Source: a virus
Direction: 5' to 3' (one strand)
DNA length: 64,000 nucleotides
Virus record (IMG/VR): IMGVR_UViG_3300008952_000006
Coordinates: 32,001-96,000 of that record
The translations under genes were made by a program, and so were the position numbers. Each line of letters starts with the position of its first letter. The stretch's first letter is position 1. This document shows, piece by piece, positions 46,274 through 55,833 of the stretch. The notes under the pieces were generated by a model that saw only the letters and a program-made list of their open reading frames with translations, did not search any database and was not told the origin of the DNA.

Positions 46274-46903
46274 TTACTGCTGTAGATGCTGCGCAATAGC
46301 GTCAACGTCATAACCAGCTTCGGCAAGCATTTCGCCAGCGCGCTCAGTTACAGCGTTATCTAGTTGCTCATCATCAATAGCAGCGGAAGATTGCTTAACA
46401 GTTCCTGTGTCGAGGAAAGTCAGAATCTCTTGGGCGCGCTCCATAGAAGCTTGCTCAAAAGCCTGTGCAAACTCAGGATCGACTTCTTGGGTTGCCGCAG
46501 GCGCTTCTTCTTCGCTTGCAGTCTTCAAGAATCGATCACTGGGGCGACCAGAGGCGGTTTTTTCAGTACCACCCTGCTGAATCGAAGTGAGTTCGTCGTA
46601 GAAAGCGTGTGCCATCGTTCGGCCAAGAAAGTCAGCTTCTGCAAGCTTAACTTGGCTTTCATCTTCTTCACCTGCTTCAGGAGCAGCGTCAGCAGCAGCG
46701 GCAGTCTTTTCAACTTCTCCACCCATAGCTTCTTGCAAGATTTCAAGAATGTCATCATCATTAAACTCATTAAGATCAATACCTTCTGCGGCTGCGACCT
46801 TCTCGAGTTCTTCCAACAGTGCGGCCTCAGCAGTTTTTTCAACACCAGAATTGGTGTCAATGTTTCCCTGGGTACCATATGCTTGTGCTAGCAGTTCGTT
46901 CAT
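46274..46903 (-). CDS. acidic scaffold/prohead core-like protein
   Basis: AAGGAG RBS; EKTA x3, EKVA, VKLA, LKTA. Confidence 0.6.
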   Translation of the reverse strand: MNELLAQAYGTQGNIDTNSGVEKTAEAALLEELEKVAAAEGIDLNEFNDDDILEILQEAMGGEVEKTAAAADAAPEAGEEDESQVKLAEADFLGRTMAHAFYDELTSIQQGGTEKTASGRPSDRFLKTASEEEAPAATQEVDPEFAQAFEQASMERAQEILTFLDTGTVKQSSAAIDDEQLDNAVTERAGEMLAEAGYDVDAIAQHLQQ

Positions 46904-46985
46904 TTTAATTCTCCTTAAGAATTTTCGGTTTTGACTGCGTCCCAGCATCGTCTCTGATAAAAAATTTCATCTAGATACCCCTGGA

Positions 46986-48674
46986 CTAAGAAAACTTGAC
47001 CGCAAGATTGTTCAACGACTTGTCAAACATACCCGAACTTTTAAAGCCCATACCCAAACGGGTAAGACCTACAAAGACCGATGTGGCCAAGATTGGATGC
47101 CTCTCGATAAACCTATCAAGCGGACCAGTTTTCTGGTGAGTACGCCGTCTTTTGCCTCTTACGTGCGCACCGTAAAGATAAGCCATGGGCAAAACACCAA
47201 CCAACGCTAAAGGCAGCTTAGCTGTTTTTGTTAGTTGAGAACCCATCATAAACTCATCTTCCAGACCTGGGCCGTTAATGGCCGAGAGTAATCCTATATC
47301 ATCACTTGTAATATGAGCAACAATGGAACCTATTTTGTCCATCAATTGCTCACGATAACCATTGTATCCTGCTGCAATACCTTTAAGAAGGATCTTTTCG
47401 TCAGGACTAATATCAATATTGCTCACTTGCCCCTCTTTGTGCAGGCTAAGCATACCCGGAGATAGCTGGCTTGTGGAAGGTGGGGAAGTTCTAATAATCA
47501 TTATACGCCTTGTAATAACAGGGCCAAACATACTACGTTTTGGTATAATGTCCATAAGCATATCTTTAATTGGGCACGAGAACTGGCTACGATTCCCAAT
47601 CTGGATACTTCTGTCTACATCTCCGGACGGCGCAAACGTATGATTTGCCGCAGACAGCCTGTCGGCCAAAGGCTTCTTACCAATCCTTATGAGGATAATC
47701 CTCTGAAACTCTTTTGGCTTGAGAACTATCCCTGCTGACGCGGAGGTTGTCAGCGCTTTCTCAATGGGGCTTTTTGCCATCCTATCCAAAATATTACTAG
47801 AAATATCAGGCTCATGGCGTTCTATGTGGGGCATAACTCGTGCAGAGAGCGCTGGTACCTCTTTAAGAATAGTTGATATTTTACTCCGCGCAGCCATCTT
47901 CTCCTTCAGAACTTGTACCGCGTACCCGTCTCGGATGCCTGCGTCTTCTGCTGCAGCTGCGGAGGAGGTGCCGTAGATGGAAGCCACTTTTGCCATCGCA
48001 TAGCTAGTGCGGTCAGCACCAATAACAACAAAGCTAAGGTCGAAAAACTTAGGCTTTGGGTTGTAGACAAAGACTTTGCGGCCATCCGGGAATGTTTTGC
48101 CCATCATGGTCTTTGTATGAGCGCAGTAGTCCGCCCGGGTCTTGGACTTATGGCCACAGATAGAGCAGATATCATATTTAACGCGACAACCCATACTAAC
48201 TGCAGGGTTTTCGCCAGCGTCTAATTTTCGCACAAGGTCCCCGTGGCCTTCAGCCTCAGCCTTGGCTCTGTCAATCATCAAGATTAACTCAACCCGGTGC
48301 ATCACAGGATTATAAATAGTATGGACCACTTTGCCGACAGAGCGCTCTATGTCTTTGTTTTTGTGGTGTCGGTATATACCCGCGTCGGTAAATGTTTTGT
48401 GCCCAGAATTACAGGTAGGGTCTGTGGGGTTTAGCTCCTTCTCCTCAAAATAATCACCGTTAATATTACTGCCATAATACTCACCGGCCCCTAGAGCGTT
48501 TACTAGAACGTACAGATGGCCGTCACTGGGTTTAATATCATCGATGTATGAAGAAATTTGGGGATGTAGGCTGCTGCAAAAAGCCGTCTTAACAAATCCA
48601 ATTGACGGATTAATGGCCTGTACAAAGATGTTTCCATCTTCATCGGAGCCTGGGAATGTAAGTAACTTAAGCAT
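46986..48674 (-). CDS. prohead maturation protease
   Basis: N.NGD.F...EL; Y.HH.N; VSMGC....D.CSICG...C.H; FFDLSFV..GAD; upstream of scaffold and MCP. Confidence 0.75.
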   Translation of the reverse strand: MLKLLTFPGSDEDGNIFVQAINPSIGFVKTAFCSSLHPQISSYIDDIKPSDGHLYVLVNALGAGEYYGSNINGDYFEEKELNPTDPTCNSGHKTFTDAGIYRHHKNKDIERSVGKVVHTIYNPVMHRVELILMIDRAKAEAEGHGDLVRKLDAGENPAVSMGCRVKYDICSICGHKSKTRADYCAHTKTMMGKTFPDGRKVFVYNPKPKFFDLSFVVIGADRTSYAMAKVASIYGTSSAAAAEDAGIRDGYAVQVLKEKMAARSKISTILKEVPALSARVMPHIERHEPDISSNILDRMAKSPIEKALTTSASAGIVLKPKEFQRIILIRIGKKPLADRLSAANHTFAPSGDVDRSIQIGNRSQFSCPIKDMLMDIIPKRSMFGPVITRRIMIIRTSPPSTSQLSPGMLSLHKEGQVSNIDISPDEKILLKGIAAGYNGYREQLMDKIGSIVAHITSDDIGLLSAINGPGLEDEFMMGSQLTKTAKLPLALVGVLPMAYLYGAHVRGKRRRTHQKTGPLDRFIERHPILATSVFVGLTRLGMGFKSSGMFDKSLNNLAVKFS

Positions 48675-48704
48675 ATTTGTCGCGACCTTCTACCTTTGTA
48701 TATA

Positions 48705-49325
48705 TTACCTGCTTTGGTTCCTGCGTTGAAGGATATTAACAAGTCTTTTTTCACTACGCGTGAGTTTATCACCTTTTCGTATCCTACCGGCAAGTGCGCG
48801 GGCCCAAATAGGCCTAGTCAGCGCAGTCCCTAAAGCCCCAGTGGCTCCCTCTGTCAGAGCCCCTGTTGGGCCGCCAGTCAATAGACCGATTGCTGCACGA
48901 CCCAGGGCATGAGTACTTGGGCTTATGTATGCCTCCGAAAGGCTGCCCACCCCGCCGGTACCTTTCTTCGGGGCGCTGCCCCTTATTAGCTTGGACATCT
49001 CCTGCCCCACAAAGCCACCACGACCAGACTTTAACTTATTAACAAGCCCCCGCGCATATATCTCACGTTCAGGGTAGGCGATAATCCCCGCCAAGGCTCC
49101 TGAGAGCCCTGCAGTTGTCGCTATTTGCTTGTTAGTCGCACCCTTCCCTAAAGTATTCTTAACCCCTAACCTAGTAAAAAACCGCTTCGAGGCCTCCGTT
49201 CCCAGGGCCTTCCTGATAGCCAACATCACTAAGGCAGTGGAGCCCGCACCAGACACGAACTTGCCAACAGGATTGGTGGCCATCCTGGACAGGGGGAAGC
49301 TGCTTTCGGCTTTCGGCTCGGGCAT
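48705..49325 (-). CDS. basic G/A-rich virion-associated protein
   Basis: Glycine-zipper-like helices. Confidence 0.6.
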   Translation of the reverse strand: MPEPKAESSFPLSRMATNPVGKFVSGAGSTALVMLAIRKALGTEASKRFFTRLGVKNTLGKGATNKQIATTAGLSGALAGIIAYPEREIYARGLVNKLKSGRGGFVGQEMSKLIRGSAPKKGTGGVGSLSEAYISPSTHALGRAAIGLLTGGPTGALTEGATGALGTALTRPIWARALAGRIRKGDKLTRSEKRLVNILQRRNQSR

Positions 49326-49328
49326 AGG

Positions 49329-50240
49329 TTAACCCGCGTAGCTTAGAAGCTCGGCACCAGTGCCCGCAAAAGCACCTCGAAGAAGGCTGTCCTTCCTCTT
49401 TGAGTCACTCAAGTGCTTCGAGACCTCTGTAAGAGTTTTTATATCGATTGGTTGGATGCCCTCATCTTTGAACTGTAAGGATCTTTTTAGGAAGGAGCCC
49501 GCTACAAGAGGATCACTAGCCATTACTGGGTTAAACTTATAGAGGGTTCTAAAAATCTTGGAAACATCCCCTGGACGCTCTTTTTTTAGACCAGGATTCT
49601 CGTCCATCATCTTGTTAAAGTATTTCTTCTTCTTCAGAGGCTCCGCTATTAGCTCTTGCATCCCCTCTACGCCTTTGATCCCTCCAGCGAGAGCGGCACC
49701 GCCAGCACCAAACATTAAGGCTTTTCTGCCAACGGTATCTTTACCTATCAGCTCTTGGATAAGAGTTTTCTTGGGGGCTCGCTTTGCCATCGCCGCAGTG
49801 GCGAGTGCCCCTCCGCCAAGCAAAACACCTTTACCCAAAGCACTTCGGATGCTTTTAGCAACATCATCAGCATTAACAGCCTTGCCCCCCACATCTTTGA
49901 AATAGTTCAATATCTTTTTCAGATTGTCACTCTTGGGTGCTGATGCGGGCGGTGGCGTCTTGGGACTGGGTGAGCCCTTGGGAGACGCGCCCATATCTTT
50001 GTCGGCGTTGGGAAACATCCCCTTGATAGCTTTATCAAGGCGCGGGTCATTCTCTAAGCTCTTAAACTTATATTTTGACTTTGGGGGCGTGCTTGCCGAG
50101 TAGCTTGGCTTTCGTGATTTCCGCCGAGTACCAACATTATAAGATTCGACACTCCCTGCATCGATCTTCTTGCCCGTGCCACCAGCGTACGTATAAGCGG
50201 CTAATTTAGTTAGTAATCGTATTCTTCGTTCTAAATCCAT
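49329..50240 (-). CDS. basic G/A-rich virion-associated protein
   Basis: TKLAA near N-terminus; two hydrophobic GGA-rich helices. Confidence 0.6.
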   Translation of the reverse strand: MDLERRIRLLTKLAAYTYAGGTGKKIDAGSVESYNVGTRRKSRKPSYSASTPPKSKYKFKSLENDPRLDKAIKGMFPNADKDMGASPKGSPSPKTPPPASAPKSDNLKKILNYFKDVGGKAVNADDVAKSIRSALGKGVLLGGGALATAAMAKRAPKKTLIQELIGKDTVGRKALMFGAGGAALAGGIKGVEGMQELIAEPLKKKKYFNKMMDENPGLKKERPGDVSKIFRTLYKFNPVMASDPLVAGSFLKRSLQFKDEGIQPIDIKTLTEVSKHLSDSKRKDSLLRGAFAGTGAELLSYAG

Positions 50241-50242
50241 GT

Positions 50243-50782
50243 TTAACCCCATGCCCTTCTCTGGAAGGGATTTTCTACATCCGGTGAGCGCCACTGGCGA
50301 ATAGTCTCTGGTGAAATATCTGTATTAGGGCGCGGGGCTACGCTAGCCGCCACCTGCCTCATGTCAGGATTTTTCGCTAAGTAGTAAGCTAGAAGGGCAC
50401 CGCCACCAGTCAAGATTGGGTGGTTCCGAGCAAATCCCACCACACCCCCGGGCACGAACTTCCGCTTGTAATACTGTGGAAGGGTATGCCCTTCCATGGT
50501 GGCCTTATATGCCTTACCGGGCTTCATCCCAGCTTTAATCTCCGCATACTCCCCCCGGGTAATAGGATCTAAGCCCCGTTGGCCAGGAACCTCTTTTAAC
50601 CGCTTCCCGTACATGGGGTGCATGGGGTTCCACTGTTTAGGGCCAAACATGAGCCCGCCAACCCCACCGGAAACAAGATCACCAGGGACCCTGGCTACAC
50701 GTGCCATCGGGCCATAAATTATGTCCCCAAGGCTTGCGGCAAGCTTTGCTTTTGCGGCTCTTTTTTCAAGGGGGGTCATCAT
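50243..50782 (-). CDS. basic virion-associated protein
   Basis: EKRAA and AKLAA at the N-terminus. Confidence 0.6.
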   Translation of the reverse strand: MMTPLEKRAAKAKLAASLGDIIYGPMARVARVPGDLVSGGVGGLMFGPKQWNPMHPMYGKRLKEVPGQRGLDPITRGEYAEIKAGMKPGKAYKATMEGHTLPQYYKRKFVPGGVVGFARNHPILTGGGALLAYYLAKNPDMRQVAASVAPRPNTDISPETIRQWRSPDVENPFQRRAWG

Positions 50783-50784
50783 GA

Positions 50785-51978
50785 TTAAACGACTCCTGGT
50801 CCTTGGGGCCCCTGGGGTCCGGGAGATCCCGGGGGCGCTGCGGCAGGTGGGCCCGCCATGCCCGGGCCAACAGGTGCGGGTGCGCCTGCAGGGGGTTGCG
50901 CGCCTTGCGGCGGCATCGCTCCCTCAGGCCCGGGCGGTGGCGGCGGTTGGGGAGCGCCAAATAATTGGGCTGCTGAAGATGACATATCGGGGCCTTTCAG
51001 GATAGCCAAAAGCTCCTGCATGCCCATCTGTGTTCTGACAACAGCCGCCTGTGCCATTTGAAGTTTCCCCGAGACGCTCTCAAGCTCTTGGGTTAGACCC
51101 GTAACTGGGTTTGACATCAGCATGCCCATCCCAAGCTTCTTAAGCTCCTCACCGTGCCCAAATTCAACTAAGCTTCCAACATGCTCACCAATAACGTTTA
51201 GTAGCCCTTCGGAAGCACCGCCAGCCTCAATTGCATAACCAATAATACCTGCGCTATTCCCGGCCCGAGAAGCCTCTTTGCACAGGTCCTTAAGAGCTGC
51301 CAGCTTGATGCAGAAGTGGTCGCCAAGAACTTCTTTTTCAGATTCAGCGTTTTTGTTCTCTGCGTGTAGGTCCAAAAATTCACGTGCGGCGTCCCTGGTG
51401 CCGGGGTTAACGTGAGGCTCGATACCAGCCTTCTTTTCTAGCGAGGCCCCGTAAGTGTTGAGGAATCCCTGAACCTGCTCTGGCGTGTAGTCTGGGTATG
51501 CCTGCTTTACGGCGTCCCTGGCTGCCACCCCCTGCTTAATAAGCGTGCGCACGGCGCTGACATTAGCGGTTTTTTCCATACCTGATCCAGTAAACACGTC
51601 CTCCAAATCAATGGCCTCTTGGCCAGCGATATACCGAAAGTGGCTAGGCACAGCAGGCCTGTTCACAGAGGCCGTCTTCTCTTTTGTGGGGGACAGGCTT
51701 TGAGCCACTGCTGTGGCCTCCGCCATGGGGAAAGTGATATTTTTATCGAAGCCAAGCTTAAACATGGTCGAAAAAGTATCATTATTTGCATACTCGGAGA
51801 CACGTTTAATCTGCTCGAGATTCAACCCAGACTCTTTGGCAAACTCTAGAATGGTGTCATTCAGCGGAGTCTTGTTCTGAACATACCGTACAGCAGCCTG
51901 CTTCCCCATGTGCCTAAGCTCCGAAGAAGAGAGACCAGCGTCTTCCTTGGTTAACAAATACTTTTCTAGTTCGTTCAT
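50785..51978 (-). CDS. head-module protein with Pro/Gly-rich C-terminus
   Basis: LN.EQIKRV.E.AN..TF; EKTAS, EKTAN, EKKAG. Confidence 0.65.
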   Translation of the reverse strand: MNELEKYLLTKEDAGLSSSELRHMGKQAAVRYVQNKTPLNDTILEFAKESGLNLEQIKRVSEYANNDTFSTMFKLGFDKNITFPMAEATAVAQSLSPTKEKTASVNRPAVPSHFRYIAGQEAIDLEDVFTGSGMEKTANVSAVRTLIKQGVAARDAVKQAYPDYTPEQVQGFLNTYGASLEKKAGIEPHVNPGTRDAAREFLDLHAENKNAESEKEVLGDHFCIKLAALKDLCKEASRAGNSAGIIGYAIEAGGASEGLLNVIGEHVGSLVEFGHGEELKKLGMGMLMSNPVTGLTQELESVSGKLQMAQAAVVRTQMGMQELLAILKGPDMSSSAAQLFGAPQPPPPPGPEGAMPPQGAQPPAGAPAPVGPGMAGPPAAAPPGSPGPQGPQGPGVV

Positions 51979-53615
51979 TAGTATCTCCGCTTCTTATTAT
52001 CTTCTTTGTCCCCTATAGGACTGATAATATCAGGTCTTGGGTGCTGCATCATAGAGGCCAAAAAACAATACGTTAGCGAATGAAGGGTATCATCCGTGGT
52101 ACCAGGGGTCCTCTGAACAACTGTGGTTCTCCTAGATTCATTATACTCCGTAAATACAGATAACATATCACTACCAAAGGGTTGTTCAATCTCTTCCCAT
52201 TTCGGAAAAGCAAATTCATTTTTTCGATTGAGTGCGTTAATAATCGCCATTAATGCCTCTGTTCGGTTCACCATGAATCTACTAAGGCTCTTATCAAAAT
52301 AGAGCTTTTTAGTGTTTACGTACTGATACCGCGCGATCCTTCGGATGCCAAATGTTCTAATTAGCTTATCATTTCTGTCAAACCCACCACCGTAGTCTAC
52401 ACCAACTACTGCTATATTAAAACGATCAATATAACCACTAATAACGCGCATTAAATTCTCAGGCTCGGCCTCCTCGCCCTCAAAGCGCTTCATAAGCAGG
52501 ATATTAAAGCGGTCCTTAATATAGCAACCTATAGTCATTACCGTGTAGGAATTCTCAGCGGTTCCCCAATCTATCCCCATAAACATTTTACTGCGTCCCC
52601 TGAACTTATCGGCGTCTGCCATGCTCCGGTCGGTGCAGTTCGCTATTAGGGTGTCTCTAGTCAGAGGCTTGCTACCAGAGTCAAATGGGAGCCCGAGCAC
52701 CTCGTTGTAAAACTGGGCTCTGCTGTAGCGTTTCTTCTTATCTAAAATTTCGTGCCAATTCACCCAAGGCGTAATCACCTGAGGAATTCTATACCCCTCG
52801 AAGGGCTCCTTGATTGGTGGGTTCTCCAGCCAGTGGGGGGACCTCATAGAGGCCCACTGGGCCTTCTCGTGGCTAGGGTTTATCTGCTTGTTGCACTTGT
52901 CACACATCAAGAAGTCGGGACCAATATTATCGATCCCTATCTTATTCCAAGCGTTACACCCGTCGCAAGGGATTACCCACTCGTTCTGGGTAGAGAACTG
53001 ACTCCAGTAGTAACTTATTGTATTATCGACGCTTTTGGGGGTTCCTGAATATCGCAGGATCTTGAGGGGGGAGTGTGCTAGAGCCTCTTCGATTACGGGG
53101 ATAACTTCCGTTAGAATGTCTTGGATCTCATCAAGAAGCAACATATCAGCCGAGATGCCACGGACACGATCAGCATGCAGGAAAGCATAGCGCATAGTTA
53201 GATCAGACCCAGTTATGAACTTCTTATACAGAACGTTATTCTTGGTGTTCTCTCCCCTGGAGAACACCTGTAGGTGGGGAGACATCTCGATAGGGGTAGC
53301 GATACGGTCTCTTGAAAACGTCTCAGTCTGCTGCTGGGTGGGGCTTACAAACAGCGCGCGAAAATGGCGTCGGAGCAGTGTATATGTAAGAATAATATTC
53401 CCGAGTGTGGTACTCTTCTCTACCTGCCGCCCACAGAGCAACAAAACTCTACGAGCGGGGGTATCATATATAGGGAGAAGGTATTCACGCCCTTTGAAGG
53501 AAAACTTATTGAGATCACCCCCTGTAGCAATATTCATAAAAGAACCCACAAACTCGGTAGGAAACATCTCCAGCGATTGCTGTATGGTTTCCTCTGTCTC
53601 GTGAACTCGAATCAT
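51978..53615 (-). CDS. terL: terminase large subunit (lambda GpA-like)
   Basis: GRQVEKST (Walker A variant), RVRGISAD..LLDEIQD, GTPK, CxxC..CxxC, FYNEVLGLP, MGIDWG, DDTLHS. Confidence 0.88.
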   Translation of the reverse strand: MIRVHETEETIQQSLEMFPTEFVGSFMNIATGGDLNKFSFKGREYLLPIYDTPARRVLLLCGRQVEKSTTLGNIILTYTLLRRHFRALFVSPTQQQTETFSRDRIATPIEMSPHLQVFSRGENTKNNVLYKKFITGSDLTMRYAFLHADRVRGISADMLLLDEIQDILTEVIPVIEEALAHSPLKILRYSGTPKSVDNTISYYWSQFSTQNEWVIPCDGCNAWNKIGIDNIGPDFLMCDKCNKQINPSHEKAQWASMRSPHWLENPPIKEPFEGYRIPQVITPWVNWHEILDKKKRYSRAQFYNEVLGLPFDSGSKPLTRDTLIANCTDRSMADADKFRGRSKMFMGIDWGTAENSYTVMTIGCYIKDRFNILLMKRFEGEEAEPENLMRVISGYIDRFNIAVVGVDYGGGFDRNDKLIRTFGIRRIARYQYVNTKKLYFDKSLSRFMVNRTEALMAIINALNRKNEFAFPKWEEIEQPFGSDMLSVFTEYNESRRTTVVQRTPGTTDDTLHSLTYCFLASMMQHPRPDIISPIGDKEDNKKRRY

Positions 53616-53844
53616 GAATGAAGAATCCCTTAAAAGAATTGTTGCGTCTCTTTCCAGAGCGATTGGTAATGACCTATTGGCCTATGAGAAAAAGGAAGAC
53701 TCTTGGGAGTTATCCATATGGTCACCCATTCTACCGAGTGAAAAGAAACTTCTCAACGACTTCATTAGAAGCTCCTTGGGGCCACGGGTCAAGGTAAGGA
53801 TTAACTCGAAAAGAGGAAAAATAGTAATATCTAAAAAGAAGTAG
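53614..53844 (+). CDS. hypothetical protein (lone plus-strand gene)
   Basis: 76-aa ORF exactly filling the gap between two minus-strand genes. Confidence 0.45.
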   Translation: MNEESLKRIVASLSRAIGNDLLAYEKKEDSWELSIWSPILPSEKKLLNDFIRSSLGPRVKVRINSKRGKIVISKKK

Positions 53845-53845
53845 G

Positions 53846-54115
53846 TCATTTCTCGCCCCCTACATCCGAAAAATCATTGCAGACAAAGTCAGATCTAACC
53901 GGAGACTGGGCGTACCTTGAGCACCAACCGTCACCCTTCCAAGACCTACCAGCAGTGTAGGTAAAGTTCTCACAGCTTCCACAGGACGCATAATCCTTAG
54001 ACACTCTGAGGTTGGGTGGGTTGGCCTGGGCTAGCTTTTGCCGAATTCCTTCCAAAGAATCTGGAGAAAAGGCCAGGAGACTTCTTTTGGGTTGTGGGTT
54101 TTTTGGCGTAGACAT
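53846..54115 (-). CDS. small four-Cys protein (HiPIP-like spacing)
   Basis: QKLAQ..PNLR....SCGSC..F...GWC......V....VC.DF. Confidence 0.55.
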   Translation of the reverse strand: MSTPKNPQPKRSLLAFSPDSLEGIRQKLAQANPPNLRVSKDYASCGSCENFTYTAGRSWKGDGWCSRYAQSPVRSDFVCNDFSDVGGEK

Positions 54116-55772
54116 AGCGGGTCTTCCCTTGCGAATCTGTATATTTGTACAGGTGCTTTTTGTTCTTATAAGCCTTATAAAATTGCTTTTGCTGCGTAAA
54201 CTTTCCTCGCGCAACACTATCCATCCATTGGTCAGTTGTTCTGGGGGTTGTCTTGCCAAACATTCTTCCAATGACACCCGGCTTTGCGCTTTCCGGCGCA
54301 ACGCTCTGATACCTCCGGACATTGACAACACGCTCTTCTTCGGGGCGATGCTTCTGACCACCCAGCCTTCTAGCGCGGCCCTCGGCCTGCAAGACTCGCT
54401 GAGGGTTGAAGTGGCCGTCAAGAGAGTAAAACGCAGTGGAGTTTCTAAGGTCCAAGCCTTCAGCGCCCGCCCCACTCAGCACGATAACTCGCTTCTTACC
54501 CTCTTTGTAGTCTTTGACCCCAGCCTGTCTCGAAACGCCGGTAACCTTATCACCACCAACGGTGGTGCCCTTGCCCACAAATACTGCGTGAGAGATACCT
54601 AGGTCTTTTAGGCCAGCAGAGATAACGTCTATGCCGCCGCGCACAAGGTTTGAATAGAGGACCACTTTATTATCTGGCGCTTCTGCCAAATGCTGTTTAG
54701 TGTCCTGCAGTAACTTGCTAACTTTGGGGGTTCTCTTTGCGGACTGCGCAAGCGTTATATCGCTCCGCCCAGCCTCAAGAGAGTTCGAGAGTTGACGCGC
54801 CTGGGATATCTGCGCGAAGAGCATCTTGGCGTCTTTTACAGTTATATTAGGGTCTTTCTTCGTGATGTACTTTTTTATGGGGCCCAGTTTATCTAGAGAC
54901 AATTGGTACAGCCTGTACTGCTCCTTAGACATAGGGACTTCAACAACCTTGGTTTCCTTCCGAGGCATTGACTTGCCTTTCAGGCTCTTAGTCTCTACGT
55001 AGTCTATTTTTGTGCCTGTCCGCTCCCGTAACTCTGCGACATTCCGCATGCCGACAACTTTCTTCTTCGAATCGTTAAACCCCTTAGTAAACCCAATTGT
55101 CTCGGTGTACCTCCGCTTAAACTGCTTAGGGGTCATATCCCGAGTCCCCTCGGACAGGGTAAGCAACGTGGCTAACTCAGAAGGTCTATTATTAATCATA
55201 GACGCGGTGAGGCCCATAAAATTAGTAGCTAATTGCCGTGCCGCCTGGAGCGCCTTGTAGGTGCTCGCGCTCTCATTACGTGTCTTGTGAAACTCATCCG
55301 CAATGATGGTGTCTGCGCCCGTTCTCTTCATAAAGCCAATAGGGTCACGGCGAAACATCGCGTAGCTTACAATTGTATAGTCCTTGTCGGACTCCTCCCC
55401 GGGGCGGATGTACCCAGACTTTTTTGACTTCTCTGAGGAAGACCCAATTGCCTGCCATGTACTATTAGTGAACTTCTCAACACCGTTTGTTGCGAAGTTG
55501 TCTCGAAGGCCCGAGGGAACAATGACAATAGCCTTTCTGGCCTTGCCCTCATGCTTCATTTTCTCAAAGCCGTAGATGCTGGTGACAGTCTTCCCTGTGC
55601 CCATCTCATGGGCGAGGATCATCTTGCCCTTATTAGCGAAAAGCCTATCAATGGCCGCCGCCTGATGTTCATAGGGCTTAAACCACTCTTTCAAGGAAGG
55701 AATCCCTGTCCCGTGGGCAGGTTTATCCACTTTCTCAGCAGCCTTCTTTATTAAGTAGTCACCTAAGGGCAC
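53997..55772 (-). CDS. SNF2-family (SF2) helicase/ATPase
   Basis: HEMGTGKT, IIADEFH, GLTAS, AGAEGLDL, QAEGRARRLG. Confidence 0.88.
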   Translation of the reverse strand: MPLGDYLIKKAAEKVDKPAHGTGIPSLKEWFKPYEHQAAAIDRLFANKGKMILAHEMGTGKTVTSIYGFEKMKHEGKARKAIVIVPSGLRDNFATNGVEKFTNSTWQAIGSSSEKSKKSGYIRPGEESDKDYTIVSYAMFRRDPIGFMKRTGADTIIADEFHKTRNESASTYKALQAARQLATNFMGLTASMINNRPSELATLLTLSEGTRDMTPKQFKRRYTETIGFTKGFNDSKKKVVGMRNVAELRERTGTKIDYVETKSLKGKSMPRKETKVVEVPMSKEQYRLYQLSLDKLGPIKKYITKKDPNITVKDAKMLFAQISQARQLSNSLEAGRSDITLAQSAKRTPKVSKLLQDTKQHLAEAPDNKVVLYSNLVRGGIDVISAGLKDLGISHAVFVGKGTTVGGDKVTGVSRQAGVKDYKEGKKRVIVLSGAGAEGLDLRNSTAFYSLDGHFNPQRVLQAEGRARRLGGQKHRPEEERVVNVRRYQSVAPESAKPGVIGRMFGKTTPRTTDQWMDSVARGKFTQQKQFYKAYKNKKHLYKYTDSQGKTRYVYAKKPTTQKKSPGLFSRFFGRNSAKASPGQPTQPQSV

Positions 55773-55833
55773 GTGATAACCTCAACTTCTACGGCTTGTA
55801 GACTTACGCCACGCATGGTTTTCTTCCATCATA

